From the sequence record OR670491.1: 64,000 bases of DNA; one strand, written 5' to 3'. A program made the position numbers and the translations under genes. The notes under the pieces were generated by a model. The model ran no database searches. It worked only from the letters and a program-made list of their open reading frames with translations, and had not been told where the DNA came from. How positions within the stretch are numbered: the stretch's first letter is position 1; each line of letters begins with the position of its first letter. This document shows, in pieces, positions 45,465 through 55,826 of the stretch.

Positions 45465-47267
45465 ATGCAACTAGATAAACTTTACACGGACGTGACTAAT
45501 TTCCTCAATCAGAACAATTCTGACCTAACCAACGAAAACGCGAATAAGGATGCTAAATGTGTCAATACCCATAGAGACTTGCTTGCAGGTATTCTTTCTA
45601 AACACTATTCACAAGATGTTATTGCACCCGACCTGATGCAATGGCATAATGATGGATATGGTCATATTCATGATTTGGACTACTATATTAGCCCGTTAAC
45701 TAACTGTTGCTTAGTAAATTACCCTGATATGCTCAAGAACGGTTTTACTATTGGCTGTGCCAAAATTGAAGAACCAAAGAGTTTCAGTGTAGCGTGTACA
45801 GTACTGACACAGATTGTTCAAGCTGTTGCTAGTTCCCAGTACGGTGGTCAATCACTGGCACATATTGATGTTGGTTTAGAACCATACGTCGAAAAGTCAT
45901 GGAATAAGCTATTAGCTAAACAAAAGAAATACAATCTAAGTACTGAATATATTGAAGAAGAATTACGTAAAGAAGTATATGATGGTTGTCAAACTCTCCT
46001 GTACCAGACTAACTCTATGATTAGTACCAATGGTCAGGCTGCATTCATTTCTTTAAGCTTAGGACTGAATACTTCCAAATTTGGCAAACTAATCACTGAA
46101 CAGTACTTAAAAGTACATGAAAATGGTTTAGGTGTTAATAAGATCACTCCGGTGTTCCCTAAAGTGATTTTCTTTTTACAAGATGGCATTAACATGAATC
46201 CAAAGGATATTAGCTACGATATGAAGCAATTGGCTATGCGTTGTGCTTCTAAGCGTATATACCCTGATTTCGTTAGTGTTCCACTAAATCACAAGGTTAC
46301 TGGGGCATCAAGTGCTGTTACTCCTATGGGATGCCGAAGCTTCTTAGGTAAATGGGAAGATGCTAATGGAAACGAACAGTACAATGGTCGCTTCAACTTA
46401 GGTGTAGTGTCTATCAACTTACCGCTAATTGCTCTTGAAAGCACTTCAGATGGTGATTTCTTTGATAAGATAGACGAGCACATGAATATTGCGTACAGAG
46501 CACAGATGAACCGTGTAGAGCGTTTAAAAGGTACTAAGGCTAAACAGAACCCTATCCTGTTCATGGAAGGTGCTCTTGCTCGTCTTGGTGCAGAAGAAAC
46601 TATTGACAAACTCTTCTACGATGGTTATGCTAGTATCAGTATTGGATATGTAGGATTAGTTGAATGTTCAGAGATTTTGACTGGTTCAATCAGTAAAGAG
46701 TTCTGCATGTCAGTACTGAATTATATGAAAGTGAAATGTGATGAATTCAAGAATGAGAGCAATATAGCCTTTAGTCTATATGGAACTCCTGCTGAATCAT
46801 TATGTTACAAGTTTGCTCGTTGTATCGAGGTAAAACACCCATCAGTACTTAAACGTGACTACATTACAAACTCATTCCATCAACCTGTATGGGTTGAGAG
46901 TACTCCATTCGAGAAGTGGGTTTATGAAGAAGGATTTGCATATTTGAGTGCAGGTGGTAACATTAGCTACGTCGAGTCACCAAATCTTTCAAACAACATA
47001 CAAGCACTAGAAACACTAATAAACTACGCATATACTAAGATTCCTTACTTTGGTATCAACCAACCAGTGGATCGTTGTTATGAGTGTAATTTTGAAGGTG
47101 AGTTCAGTGTTGATAAGCACGGGTTCCATTGTCCAGTTTGTGATAACAGAAATGAGAAAACCATCTCTGTAATTCGTCGTGTATCTGGATACTTAGGAAA
47201 TCCGTCTTCCCGTGGTTTTAACAAGGGTAAACAGCAAGAATGTTGTGAGAGAGTACAACACAAATAA
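45465..47267 (+). CDS. nrdD: anaerobic ribonucleoside-triphosphate reductase (no ATP-cone)
   Basis: HIHDLD, NCCL, GCRSFL, YGTPAE, CYEC..CPVC, glycyl-radical motif RRVSGYLG. Confidence 0.96.
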   Translation: MQLDKLYTDVTNFLNQNNSDLTNENANKDAKCVNTHRDLLAGILSKHYSQDVIAPDLMQWHNDGYGHIHDLDYYISPLTNCCLVNYPDMLKNGFTIGCAKIEEPKSFSVACTVLTQIVQAVASSQYGGQSLAHIDVGLEPYVEKSWNKLLAKQKKYNLSTEYIEEELRKEVYDGCQTLLYQTNSMISTNGQAAFISLSLGLNTSKFGKLITEQYLKVHENGLGVNKITPVFPKVIFFLQDGINMNPKDISYDMKQLAMRCASKRIYPDFVSVPLNHKVTGASSAVTPMGCRSFLGKWEDANGNEQYNGRFNLGVVSINLPLIALESTSDGDFFDKIDEHMNIAYRAQMNRVERLKGTKAKQNPILFMEGALARLGAEETIDKLFYDGYASISIGYVGLVECSEILTGSISKEFCMSVLNYMKVKCDEFKNESNIAFSLYGTPAESLCYKFARCIEVKHPSVLKRDYITNSFHQPVWVESTPFEKWVYEEGFAYLSAGGNISYVESPNLSNNIQALETLINYAYTKIPYFGINQPVDRCYECNFEGEFSVDKHGFHCPVCDNRNEKTISVIRRVSGYLGNPSSRGFNKGKQQECCERVQHK

Positions 47268-47274
47268 GGTACAT

Positions 47275-47604
47275 ATGTGCGATTTAAAACCAATAGTTGT
47301 TAACAAATACAAAGAACAGTATGATGTGTACATTGGTCGTGGGTCGAAATGGGGAAATCCATTCACCCACATTAAAGACAAGGAAACTAAAGCAGAATTC
47401 ATTGTTGCGACCCGCGAAGAGTCAATTGAGAAGTTCAGAGACTATATTCTGGAACGTATCGAAAAGGGTGAAGTTCAAATTGATGAACTCCTTGAACTCG
47501 CTGGGAAACGTCTTGGTTGCTTTTGTAAGCCCAAATCATGTCATGGTGATGTTCTTGTGGAAATAGTGAGTGCTATACTAGATGAACTATCAGACGATAA
47601 TTAA
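47275..47604 (+). CDS. DUF4326-family protein
   Basis: YDVYIGRGSKWGNPF, LGCFCKPKSCHGDVL. Confidence 0.85.
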   Translation: MCDLKPIVVNKYKEQYDVYIGRGSKWGNPFTHIKDKETKAEFIVATREESIEKFRDYILERIEKGEVQIDELLELAGKRLGCFCKPKSCHGDVLVEIVSAILDELSDDN

Positions 47605-48052
47605 AGACGATTTAGTTAACGGGGAGGGAGTACGATGCTCTCTCTTCGTGAGTGGTTGTAGCCACGGATGTGATGGGTGTTTCAATGAAGAAGCATGGGA
47701 TTACAGAAGTGGATCAAAATTCAGTACTGCTGAAGTTGAAGTTATTCTTAAAGAGTTAGATAAGCCATATGTTACCGGATTATCTTTACTTGGGGGAGAT
47801 CCTCTTATGCCAAAGAATATCAGTACTGTTATTGATTTATGTAAAACTGTAAAAGAATTACATCCTACCAAAACAATTTGGTGCTGGAGTGGCTATACTT
47901 TAGAAGAGATTAAACTAAATCATTCTAAGGATATTCTTCAGTACTTAGATGTTTTAGTAGATGGTAAGTTTATTGAATCCGAAAAGAATCTAAGATTACC
48001 TTTTAGGGGTTCTAATAACCAACGTATTCTTCACAAAGACAAAGATTTTTAA
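47582..48052 (+). CDS. nrdG: anaerobic RNR activating enzyme (radical SAM)
   Basis: NGEGVRCSLFVSGCSHGCDGCFN, LLGGDP, FRGSNNQR. Confidence 0.95.
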   Translation: MNYQTIIKDDLVNGEGVRCSLFVSGCSHGCDGCFNEEAWDYRSGSKFSTAEVEVILKELDKPYVTGLSLLGGDPLMPKNISTVIDLCKTVKELHPTKTIWCWSGYTLEEIKLNHSKDILQYLDVLVDGKFIESEKNLRLPFRGSNNQRILHKDKDF

Positions 48053-48057
48053 AATGT

Positions 48058-48081
48058 GGCTTCCCTAGTGGAAGCCTTTTT
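48058..48081 (+). terminator. intrinsic terminator
   Basis: ggcttcc ctagt ggaagcc + T5. Confidence 0.75.
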
Positions 48082-48115
48082 GCGTTCAAAGGAACTGTAG
48101 GTACGCGAATATGTG

Positions 48116-48123
48116 CATAAATA
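48116..48123 (+). promoter_or_regulatory. late promoter candidate
   Basis: CATAAATA ~35 nt before the tail-gene start. Confidence 0.55.
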
Positions 48124-48156
48124 CATGAACAAATATCTATAATAAAAGGGATATAT

Positions 48157-50856
48157 ATGTCAAAGAAAATATATGGTGGCTTAGATGTCACACATAATGT
48201 TACAGTGAAAGGGAAACGTACTGTTCAAGGTATCAATGATCAAGTTTTTGATTCCAATGGTAACATGGAACTTGATACTTATACTAAAGAAGAAATTCTT
48301 GACGTAATTAGTATGATGCCTTTGTCACATTATGGTACACATAACTATCTACCTGCTGGTGTAAGTGGTGACTTCAACGGAGCATCAGAAAACACATCAC
48401 AGCGTAGAAACAAAATTCTATTAGAAGATGACGGAACATTAGTAATGTTGCGTGCTGGTACAAACGGTAGTGTGGAAGGTCTATTCTACTCTTACCTAGC
48501 GAACGCATTAACTATTGAAGATATGGGTCGTACCGTGAATACTGGTAAGCAGTATCAACCAGGGTTTTTGGGTTCCACAAAAGTTGCTTTCGGTTTATAT
48601 AACACTGATAGTAATATAATGATTGGTCAATATAAAGATACAACTAATAGCACTACTGGTTATTTTGTATCTATTACAAACAATACACTTGATGATACTC
48701 AGCACTCAGGATTTATCATTAATCAGTACACTGACCTTTCACCACAAGGTAACATTGAATATGCAATGATGGCAGAAGATGGTTCAATCTATGTGTTTAG
48801 TTTAGATGTTGCAGATAATAAAATGCACATGATTGTACAGCGTATTGTGTTTAATATTAGTGCTGGTACATACACTACATCACGTATATCTGGATGGACT
48901 ACAAAAACATTCTACAATACAACTATCAGTGCTAATACTAATATAGTATTAACCAACAGAACTTATTCAACTGATATTGTAGATAAACCATATGCTCTTG
49001 TACCAACTAACCTACGTGGTATTGGTATATACATGACTTCATATGATTTATATGTTGCACAACAGCCTGGTACTCAGAACTTCCGTTTCCGTTTAAATGG
49101 GGACTTATGGGCGACAATGGCAGACTATAATACACGTCCACAACATAGTTTTAGTTTCAATTTCAATATGAGTACTAAACAATGTACGTTAGATACTGGC
49201 AATGACATTGGTTCATTCCAAGCACCTATCGTTATTACAAATACTGGGACTCAATTAGTTGCTACTGGTAATGCTCTAAACAAAGATGATTTTTATAACC
49301 ACAGTGGTGCACGTAACATTTATAGTGGATATTACTATTCAGTAGAAGGTGTTGCTTTCTGTACAATATGTCCAAACCTAGCAGAACCATTACACATGGA
49401 AAAAGGTCATTACCCAGCACAATCTGTTTATAGCATGATAAATGTTAGAGCAGTGAGTTGTACAGATTTTCGTGATGGAAGAGTTGGTCCGACATTTGGT
49501 TCAGCAGTAGGGTCATATATCAACGGTGTTGAATTGTTACCTGATAACAGTACTAAACAGTTCTCTCGTGCTTCCGGTACAGGTTCTTACCAACCATCAT
49601 ATGCAGTGCATAAGAGTACTCCTAACTTTACGTTCAAATCACTTTCAATGGGGACTATTCAGGGTTATGAGCCAACAGCAGAACGTGCAAACGTAGCTGA
49701 TACGACCAACAACCGAGTATTCATTAGTTCAATTTCAGGAAGTACAGTTACAACTAATGGTGGTGTACTAATATGTGGTCAACGTTACTCACAGTCGTTA
49801 TCATATGATAAGTACATGAATGGTACTAACGTAATTAGTGTTACTCAATCAGTACTTGACAACTTCAGAACAGCAGAGTATGCTAAAGTTGCTAGTTCAT
49901 GGAACCTATCAAGTGCATCGGGTAAAGACATGTCGTTGTTTGTTCCACAGCAATCTGACATTCCAGCGTTTGTGTTTCTCAGTTCAGTGACGAACAATAA
50001 CCAGAACTATATTCGTGTTGCAGAAGTTAATGTTAATACAAGAGTAGGGAACATTACTAGTATTACATTTAAACGTTTAGTTTATGAAAACGTTCATGGT
50101 GATAACTTCGTTTCGAATACATCAGGTTCATTCTCTTCTTCATCTGTTGGTATGACAATTTATGATGGTGGTTCATTCTATTTCTTAGGTGGTTCTGATC
50201 CATTAACACATAATACTATCGGTAACACAAATACACATATGTTCCGTGCTTATGTTACTAAATCCACTGCAACTATTGATAGCTTCATTATTGCGGGTGG
50301 TCACGCCAGTTATGAACAAGGTGCTCAACCAGCAGCGTTGCCTGGATTGGGTTTTGGTATTTTTGCTGCAATTGACTATTCTAACAAAATGACATTCGTA
50401 CCTTTTGGAACAACTATTGCTGATTATAACGCATGGACACAGAAAGCGACTGCAATAAACTTAGTATCACAAGACGTTGCACAAGGTTTTATCGTGTACT
50501 TCACCGAAGAAACACCAGTAATACTATCAGGTAAATCATTTACTCTACCTATTTCGAATATTGATTTAACAACTGTAAAAGCTAATCCAGCCAATACGAC
50601 GTTTTATCTTTATATTAAAATGGAGCAAGGTAATGTTAAATACCACATAACTACTGAAGTTATTTCAGAAGCTGGTACTTCTGCATATAACGTATTTTGG
50701 ATTGGAACAATTAAAACTAACTCTCTTCAAATTGAAACAGTAAATGTTGAAAAACGTTCTCGTTTGGATATATTTGGTGCATCACTAGAAGCAGCAGGTT
50801 CTTCATTCCCAGTAAGTTATGGTTTACCATCACAAACAGGAACTATCAACTGGTAA
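48157..50856 (+). CDS. large beta-rich virion/tail protein (paralog A)
   Basis: 899 aa, Thr/Ser/Gly/Asn-rich; late promoter; termini shared with 50869 and 51473. Confidence 0.7.
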   Translation: MSKKIYGGLDVTHNVTVKGKRTVQGINDQVFDSNGNMELDTYTKEEILDVISMMPLSHYGTHNYLPAGVSGDFNGASENTSQRRNKILLEDDGTLVMLRAGTNGSVEGLFYSYLANALTIEDMGRTVNTGKQYQPGFLGSTKVAFGLYNTDSNIMIGQYKDTTNSTTGYFVSITNNTLDDTQHSGFIINQYTDLSPQGNIEYAMMAEDGSIYVFSLDVADNKMHMIVQRIVFNISAGTYTTSRISGWTTKTFYNTTISANTNIVLTNRTYSTDIVDKPYALVPTNLRGIGIYMTSYDLYVAQQPGTQNFRFRLNGDLWATMADYNTRPQHSFSFNFNMSTKQCTLDTGNDIGSFQAPIVITNTGTQLVATGNALNKDDFYNHSGARNIYSGYYYSVEGVAFCTICPNLAEPLHMEKGHYPAQSVYSMINVRAVSCTDFRDGRVGPTFGSAVGSYINGVELLPDNSTKQFSRASGTGSYQPSYAVHKSTPNFTFKSLSMGTIQGYEPTAERANVADTTNNRVFISSISGSTVTTNGGVLICGQRYSQSLSYDKYMNGTNVISVTQSVLDNFRTAEYAKVASSWNLSSASGKDMSLFVPQQSDIPAFVFLSSVTNNNQNYIRVAEVNVNTRVGNITSITFKRLVYENVHGDNFVSNTSGSFSSSSVGMTIYDGGSFYFLGGSDPLTHNTIGNTNTHMFRAYVTKSTATIDSFIIAGGHASYEQGAQPAALPGLGFGIFAAIDYSNKMTFVPFGTTIADYNAWTQKATAINLVSQDVAQGFIVYFTEETPVILSGKSFTLPISNIDLTTVKANPANTTFYLYIKMEQGNVKYHITTEVISEAGTSAYNVFWIGTIKTNSLQIETVNVEKRSRLDIFGASLEAAGSSFPVSYGLPSQTGTINW

Positions 50857-50868
50857 GGGATTACAATT

Positions 50869-51456
50869 ATGGCTTATATTATAAGATCAGATATTGAAGC
50901 AATGACAACAATTAAGTCCAGGGGATTAGACACTGGACTTTCATTAACAGACATTGATGACGTATCTTATTCAACTGATGTTAACGGGGAATGTACGTTC
51001 CCTGTATTAACCTCAGATGAAATCGACTACATTATGAATGGTTTACCACTGTCACAGTACGGTGAACTATATGATTCAACCAGTCTAGGTGTTACATTTT
51101 CTGGTTATGATTTGAAATTTGGACGAATTGTTCCGGCGTTTATTGGTGGACATTTATATGATTACCCAGTCAGTACTGTTAAAGCTAAAACAGTAACGTC
51201 AGGTACACACACACAATATGTGTATGCTACGTTAGTACTGGGTGTACCATTATATGAAATTTCAGCGACCGCCATTGCTGAAACACAAATTCAAATGTTC
51301 ATTGGTACAATAACAGTTGGTACAGCAGGAATAACAGCAGCAAACATAGAACGCGTTTCAAGGTTCAGTACATATAGACCTAGTACTACTCAGAAAGGTT
51401 CGTCCTTCCCAGTCAGTACAGGAAATCCGGCACAAACTGGTTCTATAGGCTGGTAA
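50869..51456 (+). CDS. short virion/tail paralog
   Basis: LPLSQYG and C-terminal FPVSTGNPAQTGSIGW shared with both long paralogs. Confidence 0.7.
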   Translation: MAYIIRSDIEAMTTIKSRGLDTGLSLTDIDDVSYSTDVNGECTFPVLTSDEIDYIMNGLPLSQYGELYDSTSLGVTFSGYDLKFGRIVPAFIGGHLYDYPVSTVKAKTVTSGTHTQYVYATLVLGVPLYEISATAIAETQIQMFIGTITVGTAGITAANIERVSRFSTYRPSTTQKGSSFPVSTGNPAQTGSIGW

Positions 51457-51472
51457 TTAAAGGGAAATTAAC

Positions 51473-54199
51473 ATGTCATCACAAAGAATTATTGGTAACG
51501 CCAGTATATTAGGCAACTTGGCAATTGCTGGAAAAAATGCAATGCGTACTTTTAATGGAGTCTCACCAGACTCCAATACTGGTATTGTCGATTACCCAAT
51601 ATACAAACGTTCAGAAGTACAGAAAATTCTTGATATGATGCCTATTTCGCGTATAGGGGAGATGGACTATCTCCCTTTGAACGTAAATGGTTCATATGAA
51701 GGTGCAACTTCAAACTCAGCTACATATCGTATTCAGCCAACTATCATTGAAGATGATGGTACTGGTGTAGTAATACGTGCAGGCACAAACGGAAGTAAAA
51801 ATGGTTACTATTACTCGTTTATACGAGATTTAAGAAACATTACTTCTTTTACTCAGGATATGGTTATATCAACTACAACTGAATATAAACCATCTATTCT
51901 AAGTACTGGTGAAAATATTATTCGTTTCATCGGCACAAATGGTTATGAACTTTTAGTTTCATATACCTCCGGCTCTAATTATGTTTTCACATTAACAAAC
52001 GGTACATTCAACGAAGTATCACATATTCATGCTAAGTTAGCTGAATCAAGATTCGGTACTGACAAACCATTATATGCTCATGTGGTTGGTTCGAATATTT
52101 TTGTTTGGTGCAAAGACACCACGGTAGCAAACGGTGGATTAGCATATACATTGTATACAGTTTCCAGAAGTAATATAGTTGATGGTACTATGACTTCTTT
52201 TGCTAAAGTGACTGGTTTTTCTGGTCAAACAGTAAGGAATACAAACTATAGTGCATCAAATAATATTAGAGTTTTTGACCGTTACTGGTCTACAACTACT
52301 GGTACTGATTCACTATATGATATTGTTAGTCCAGTGAACAGTGTTGAATATATTGATTATAATGATTATAATATCCAAGCAAATGCCAGTACTGACAACT
52401 CTAAAATACGAGTTACTTTATACATAACTCCACGTTTCAAGACTCCATTAGCAATTTCAACTGTTCAGCCAACTGGTATTAGTTTTGTTTATAATATTAG
52501 TTCAAAGGTTATGACATTAGATGGGTCAGCAAGAGCACCAGCAACAGCAGCATACACTAATAATAATTTTGTTGTTACCAACCCATTCTCAATTTCAATG
52601 AGTAACTTTACTGGTTCAACTAATAGTTCATCTTCATTAGGTGACTGCGGTTCAATCTGTCAAACATCAGATGGTCTTGTTTTTACATCAAAATCAAGAT
52701 GGATATCAGATGAAACCTATGGTTTACAACTATATAAAGTACAAGGTACTCCATACGATAGTTGGGTCGCTAGTACTCGTAAGTCCAGTGATTTAACTAA
52801 CGTAAATGTTAAACCAACATATGGTTCTGCTGTAGGGGAAAACTTACTTGGTGTTAGATTTATTGATAAAAGAAAAGTACTTCTTGCATGTTCCAGTACT
52901 AGCGATGGTGTTACTTATGGCTATGACAGTACTGTATCCTCTGATATAGGAGACTCTCCAGTATACACATATAATAGTGTTGTAACTGGGTCTACAATTG
53001 AAGGTTTTGCTCCTGAAGCTGGACGTGAATATCATGGAAATAGTTATGATTATACCGCTATGGTTTCTTTGATTGCGGCTGATGGAACAGTAAAAACATA
53101 TGGTTCTTCATTTATAGAAGGAATAGCCAAAGATGCAAATGGATTATTAGATCCAGATACAATGACATTCTCAGGAAAATACACAATGAGTAATACTGCT
53201 TTGATGAATCTCAAACAATCGATCATTGATAGTGCAGATATTACTGGGACCAGTACTTCTAGGATTTGTTTTTATTATGTACCTGATAATACATTCTCAA
53301 GATCTATGGCAGTTGTTTGTACATACAATCCAACTAACAACCAAGGTTATGCTATTTTTGCAGAAGTAAATGCTGTTCTAAGTGGTTCAGAAATTACAAG
53401 TGCATCAGTATATACAACCAGATATGAAGTACTTGGTAGTATATCAGGAATCCAAAGTAATGCTCTAATGAAGCGTTGTACTGGATTAACAGTTGCAAAA
53501 TACTCTGGATTCAATTATCTTGGTATTGATACTATCCATCAGTTCACAGTTCCTGGTGATGTTAGTCAGAAAATGATGATAGCTAAAGTTAAAAATGGTG
53601 ATATCAGTACTAACCGTTATTTTACAACCTATCATGTTAGCAACGGTTCAGCTTTCCAGAGTGGTGCTATCCCTGGTGGTGGATTCGGTTATTATAACTT
53701 CAGTAATTCCGACTTACAGACAAAAGCAGTTCTTTCAGTATTCGGGACAACAGAAGCCCAGATGGATGGTTTGATTGCTGGTACTGGTGCAGTACTGAAC
53801 AATTATGTTGTAGTTTCTCAAGATGTAGCTGCTGGTTTCAACGTGTACTTCACCCGTGAAGTTCCGGTGTTCCTTGCTGGTATGTTCGACCGTCTGGTAG
53901 TTCAGACACTTGACCTAACAACCATCAAGAGTAATCCAGCTAACAGTACTTTCTACATTTACATAGAAATGAACCGAAGTACTGGTAAGGCTTCTTATGT
54001 TGTGAGTACTATACTCCTTGATGAAACGTTGACACGAGCCTTCATAGGAACTATAATTACTGGTGCTACTAACATATCATCAATTGAAACAGAAAAAGTG
54101 ACAAGGTTCTTGACCTATCGCCCAAGTACAACAAAACGTGGTTCTGCAATCCCGTCTAGTACTGGCGTACCGTCAGGCACTGGTACACGTTGGAAATAA
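51473..54199 (+). CDS. large beta-rich virion/tail protein (paralog B)
   Basis: 908 aa; MMPISRIG, IEDDGT.V.IRAGTNGS and SQDVAAGF.VYFT.E.PV shared with 48157. Confidence 0.7.
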   Translation: MSSQRIIGNASILGNLAIAGKNAMRTFNGVSPDSNTGIVDYPIYKRSEVQKILDMMPISRIGEMDYLPLNVNGSYEGATSNSATYRIQPTIIEDDGTGVVIRAGTNGSKNGYYYSFIRDLRNITSFTQDMVISTTTEYKPSILSTGENIIRFIGTNGYELLVSYTSGSNYVFTLTNGTFNEVSHIHAKLAESRFGTDKPLYAHVVGSNIFVWCKDTTVANGGLAYTLYTVSRSNIVDGTMTSFAKVTGFSGQTVRNTNYSASNNIRVFDRYWSTTTGTDSLYDIVSPVNSVEYIDYNDYNIQANASTDNSKIRVTLYITPRFKTPLAISTVQPTGISFVYNISSKVMTLDGSARAPATAAYTNNNFVVTNPFSISMSNFTGSTNSSSSLGDCGSICQTSDGLVFTSKSRWISDETYGLQLYKVQGTPYDSWVASTRKSSDLTNVNVKPTYGSAVGENLLGVRFIDKRKVLLACSSTSDGVTYGYDSTVSSDIGDSPVYTYNSVVTGSTIEGFAPEAGREYHGNSYDYTAMVSLIAADGTVKTYGSSFIEGIAKDANGLLDPDTMTFSGKYTMSNTALMNLKQSIIDSADITGTSTSRICFYYVPDNTFSRSMAVVCTYNPTNNQGYAIFAEVNAVLSGSEITSASVYTTRYEVLGSISGIQSNALMKRCTGLTVAKYSGFNYLGIDTIHQFTVPGDVSQKMMIAKVKNGDISTNRYFTTYHVSNGSAFQSGAIPGGGFGYYNFSNSDLQTKAVLSVFGTTEAQMDGLIAGTGAVLNNYVVVSQDVAAGFNVYFTREVPVFLAGMFDRLVVQTLDLTTIKSNPANSTFYIYIEMNRSTGKASYVVSTILLDETLTRAFIGTIITGATNISSIETEKVTRFLTYRPSTTKRGSAIPSSTGVPSGTGTRWK

Positions 54200-54204
54200 A
54201 TTTT

Positions 54205-54233
54205 AAGCTCGTCTATTGACGGGCTTTTCTTTT
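54205..54233 (+). terminator. intrinsic terminator overlapping a promoter
   Basis: aagctcgtc tatt gacgggctt + T-rich tail. Confidence 0.75.
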
Positions 54234-54244
54234 ATGTGTATACT
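54216..54244 (+). promoter_or_regulatory. sigma70-type promoter
   Basis: TTGACG-17-TATACT. Confidence 0.7.
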
Positions 54245-54269
54245 GTATGAAAACTGGGAGGTATTTTGT

Positions 54270-54812
54270 ATGAAATTCTTTAAGAAGAAAGACGATTTAG
54301 ATTGGTGTGCGTATGTCCAAGAACGTAAGATTAATAAATGTATTTTTAAATTAATTACTAAAAGTATCTTACTCAAAGAAAGTATCAAAACGGATCAAGA
54401 CCGTAGAGATTTAATCAATTTAAAGTACAAAGTAAGTTCATTTTTCTTTTACAATCTAATGAAAGAAATTGCCACGAGTACAGATCCTGATCGTTGGGAT
54501 GTTGATGTTGACCGATATTACGGTGGGGACATTAGTTTCACTATTCGTGATAGAAAGAAGAATGTATCCATCAACGCGGATTATGATACTGCTGATAATG
54601 TTCAGTTTGATGATCCCAATTTACGAATTAAAGATGAAGAAGTCAGAGTGAGTATTCGCAAAGATTTTGTTAAAACACATTTAGAAAGTCCAGAGAAATT
54701 CATTATGATTTACTTTGTAATGGAGTACGTTAGTGTTACAGAAAATCTAAAGAATTTAAGAAGACTACAAAATGAGCACGAGCTAAAACTATCAGTCAGA
54801 GATTGGTACTAG
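54270..54812 (+). CDS. hypothetical protein (tandem paralog 1)
   Basis: GGGAGG RBS; MKFFKKK, KS..LK....D.DRR..I..KYK. Confidence 0.7.
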   Translation: MKFFKKKDDLDWCAYVQERKINKCIFKLITKSILLKESIKTDQDRRDLINLKYKVSSFFFYNLMKEIATSTDPDRWDVDVDRYYGGDISFTIRDRKKNVSINADYDTADNVQFDDPNLRIKDEEVRVSIRKDFVKTHLESPEKFIMIYFVMEYVSVTENLKNLRRLQNEHELKLSVRDWY

Positions 54813-54820
54813 GAGAGAAC

Positions 54821-55339
54821 ATGTTTTTCAAAAAAGACAAAGTGGAAAAAGAAGAGAAGAATTTAAACTTTCTTAATGACATTATCCAAGTCCTTATGAA
54901 AAGTTATCAACTCAAAGATAAAGTACTGAATGATGACGACCGCCGATTGGTTATCGATATTAAGTACAAATTGAGTAAACATCCTTTACTAACTCTAATC
55001 ACAGAGATTGTTAAAGATCCACACGACAGCCGATGGAGATGGATTGAACAGTGTGCTTCCGTTTATTCCACTACTCGTTATGAATTACTTGACACAGTAA
55101 CTGACGTTCAAGTGGGTGTGCGATGCTTTGATATAAAAAACGCAACACGACACAAAAACATCCGAAGTTCTGTTGATTTTAATAGTGATGTATTAGTAGA
55201 AGACGAATCCATCTTTTTATTCTGTTTCTTGCACGGTTTGAATCAAATGTACACTACGATTTCAGTACTGAACCAGCAGCAGAAAAATCTACAAAAACGT
55301 AATGAAATTAAGGATTTATATCAATGTTCAAAATCTTAA
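54821..55339 (+). CDS. hypothetical protein (tandem paralog 2)
   Basis: AGGAG RBS; MFFKKDK, KSYQLK...DDDRRLVIDIKYK. Confidence 0.7.
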   Translation: MFFKKDKVEKEEKNLNFLNDIIQVLMKSYQLKDKVLNDDDRRLVIDIKYKLSKHPLLTLITEIVKDPHDSRWRWIEQCASVYSTTRYELLDTVTDVQVGVRCFDIKNATRHKNIRSSVDFNSDVLVEDESIFLFCFLHGLNQMYTTISVLNQQQKNLQKRNEIKDLYQCSKS

Positions 55340-55824
55340 AGAAGCAACAAGCAAATACAAATCCTCTTACTGAGTTCATTGGTTCACTTATTCTAAGCAA
55401 AAGTCCATTACTTGTTCAGCACTGCAAGGATGATTATGAACGTGAAATTATCATTAACAGAAAATACATTCATTCAAAATGTGACTCTATGATTTACAGC
55501 TTCGTAAAGTACTGCTTAGTGAATCGTAATTACGTCAGTGTTCATTGTGAAGATGAACCGTGTTATGATGGATGGGCGAAAGAATGGTTTATTTTTGAAA
55601 ATGGTCGTGGGTTCAAATTCTTTTCATTACCTGATGGTTCAGTTAGTATCTTCATCGCTAACAGAAATGAATGGGTAGAGTATTCCACATCAAAATATGA
55701 TTATGATGTTCTCGCTGATTTATATCGTTGTATTAAGAATTTTCAAGTAATTGAAGCCAATTTAGAAAAACAACGAAGAAATCTTAAATGCGTCGAACAA
55801 TACAATGAAATGTACAGGTGCTAA
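55324..55824 (+). CDS. hypothetical protein (tandem paralog 3)
   Basis: MFKILKK, KSPLL...DDYEREIIINRKY. Confidence 0.7.
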   Translation: MFKILKKQQANTNPLTEFIGSLILSKSPLLVQHCKDDYEREIIINRKYIHSKCDSMIYSFVKYCLVNRNYVSVHCEDEPCYDGWAKEWFIFENGRGFKFFSLPDGSVSIFIANRNEWVEYSTSKYDYDVLADLYRCIKNFQVIEANLEKQRRNLKCVEQYNEMYRC

Positions 55825-55826
55825 TT

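Noticed and set aside
45465-47267. Intein or intron in nrdD, ligase or phoH
   Set aside because: Lengths are ordinary and no intein splice motifs or frame breaks are present.
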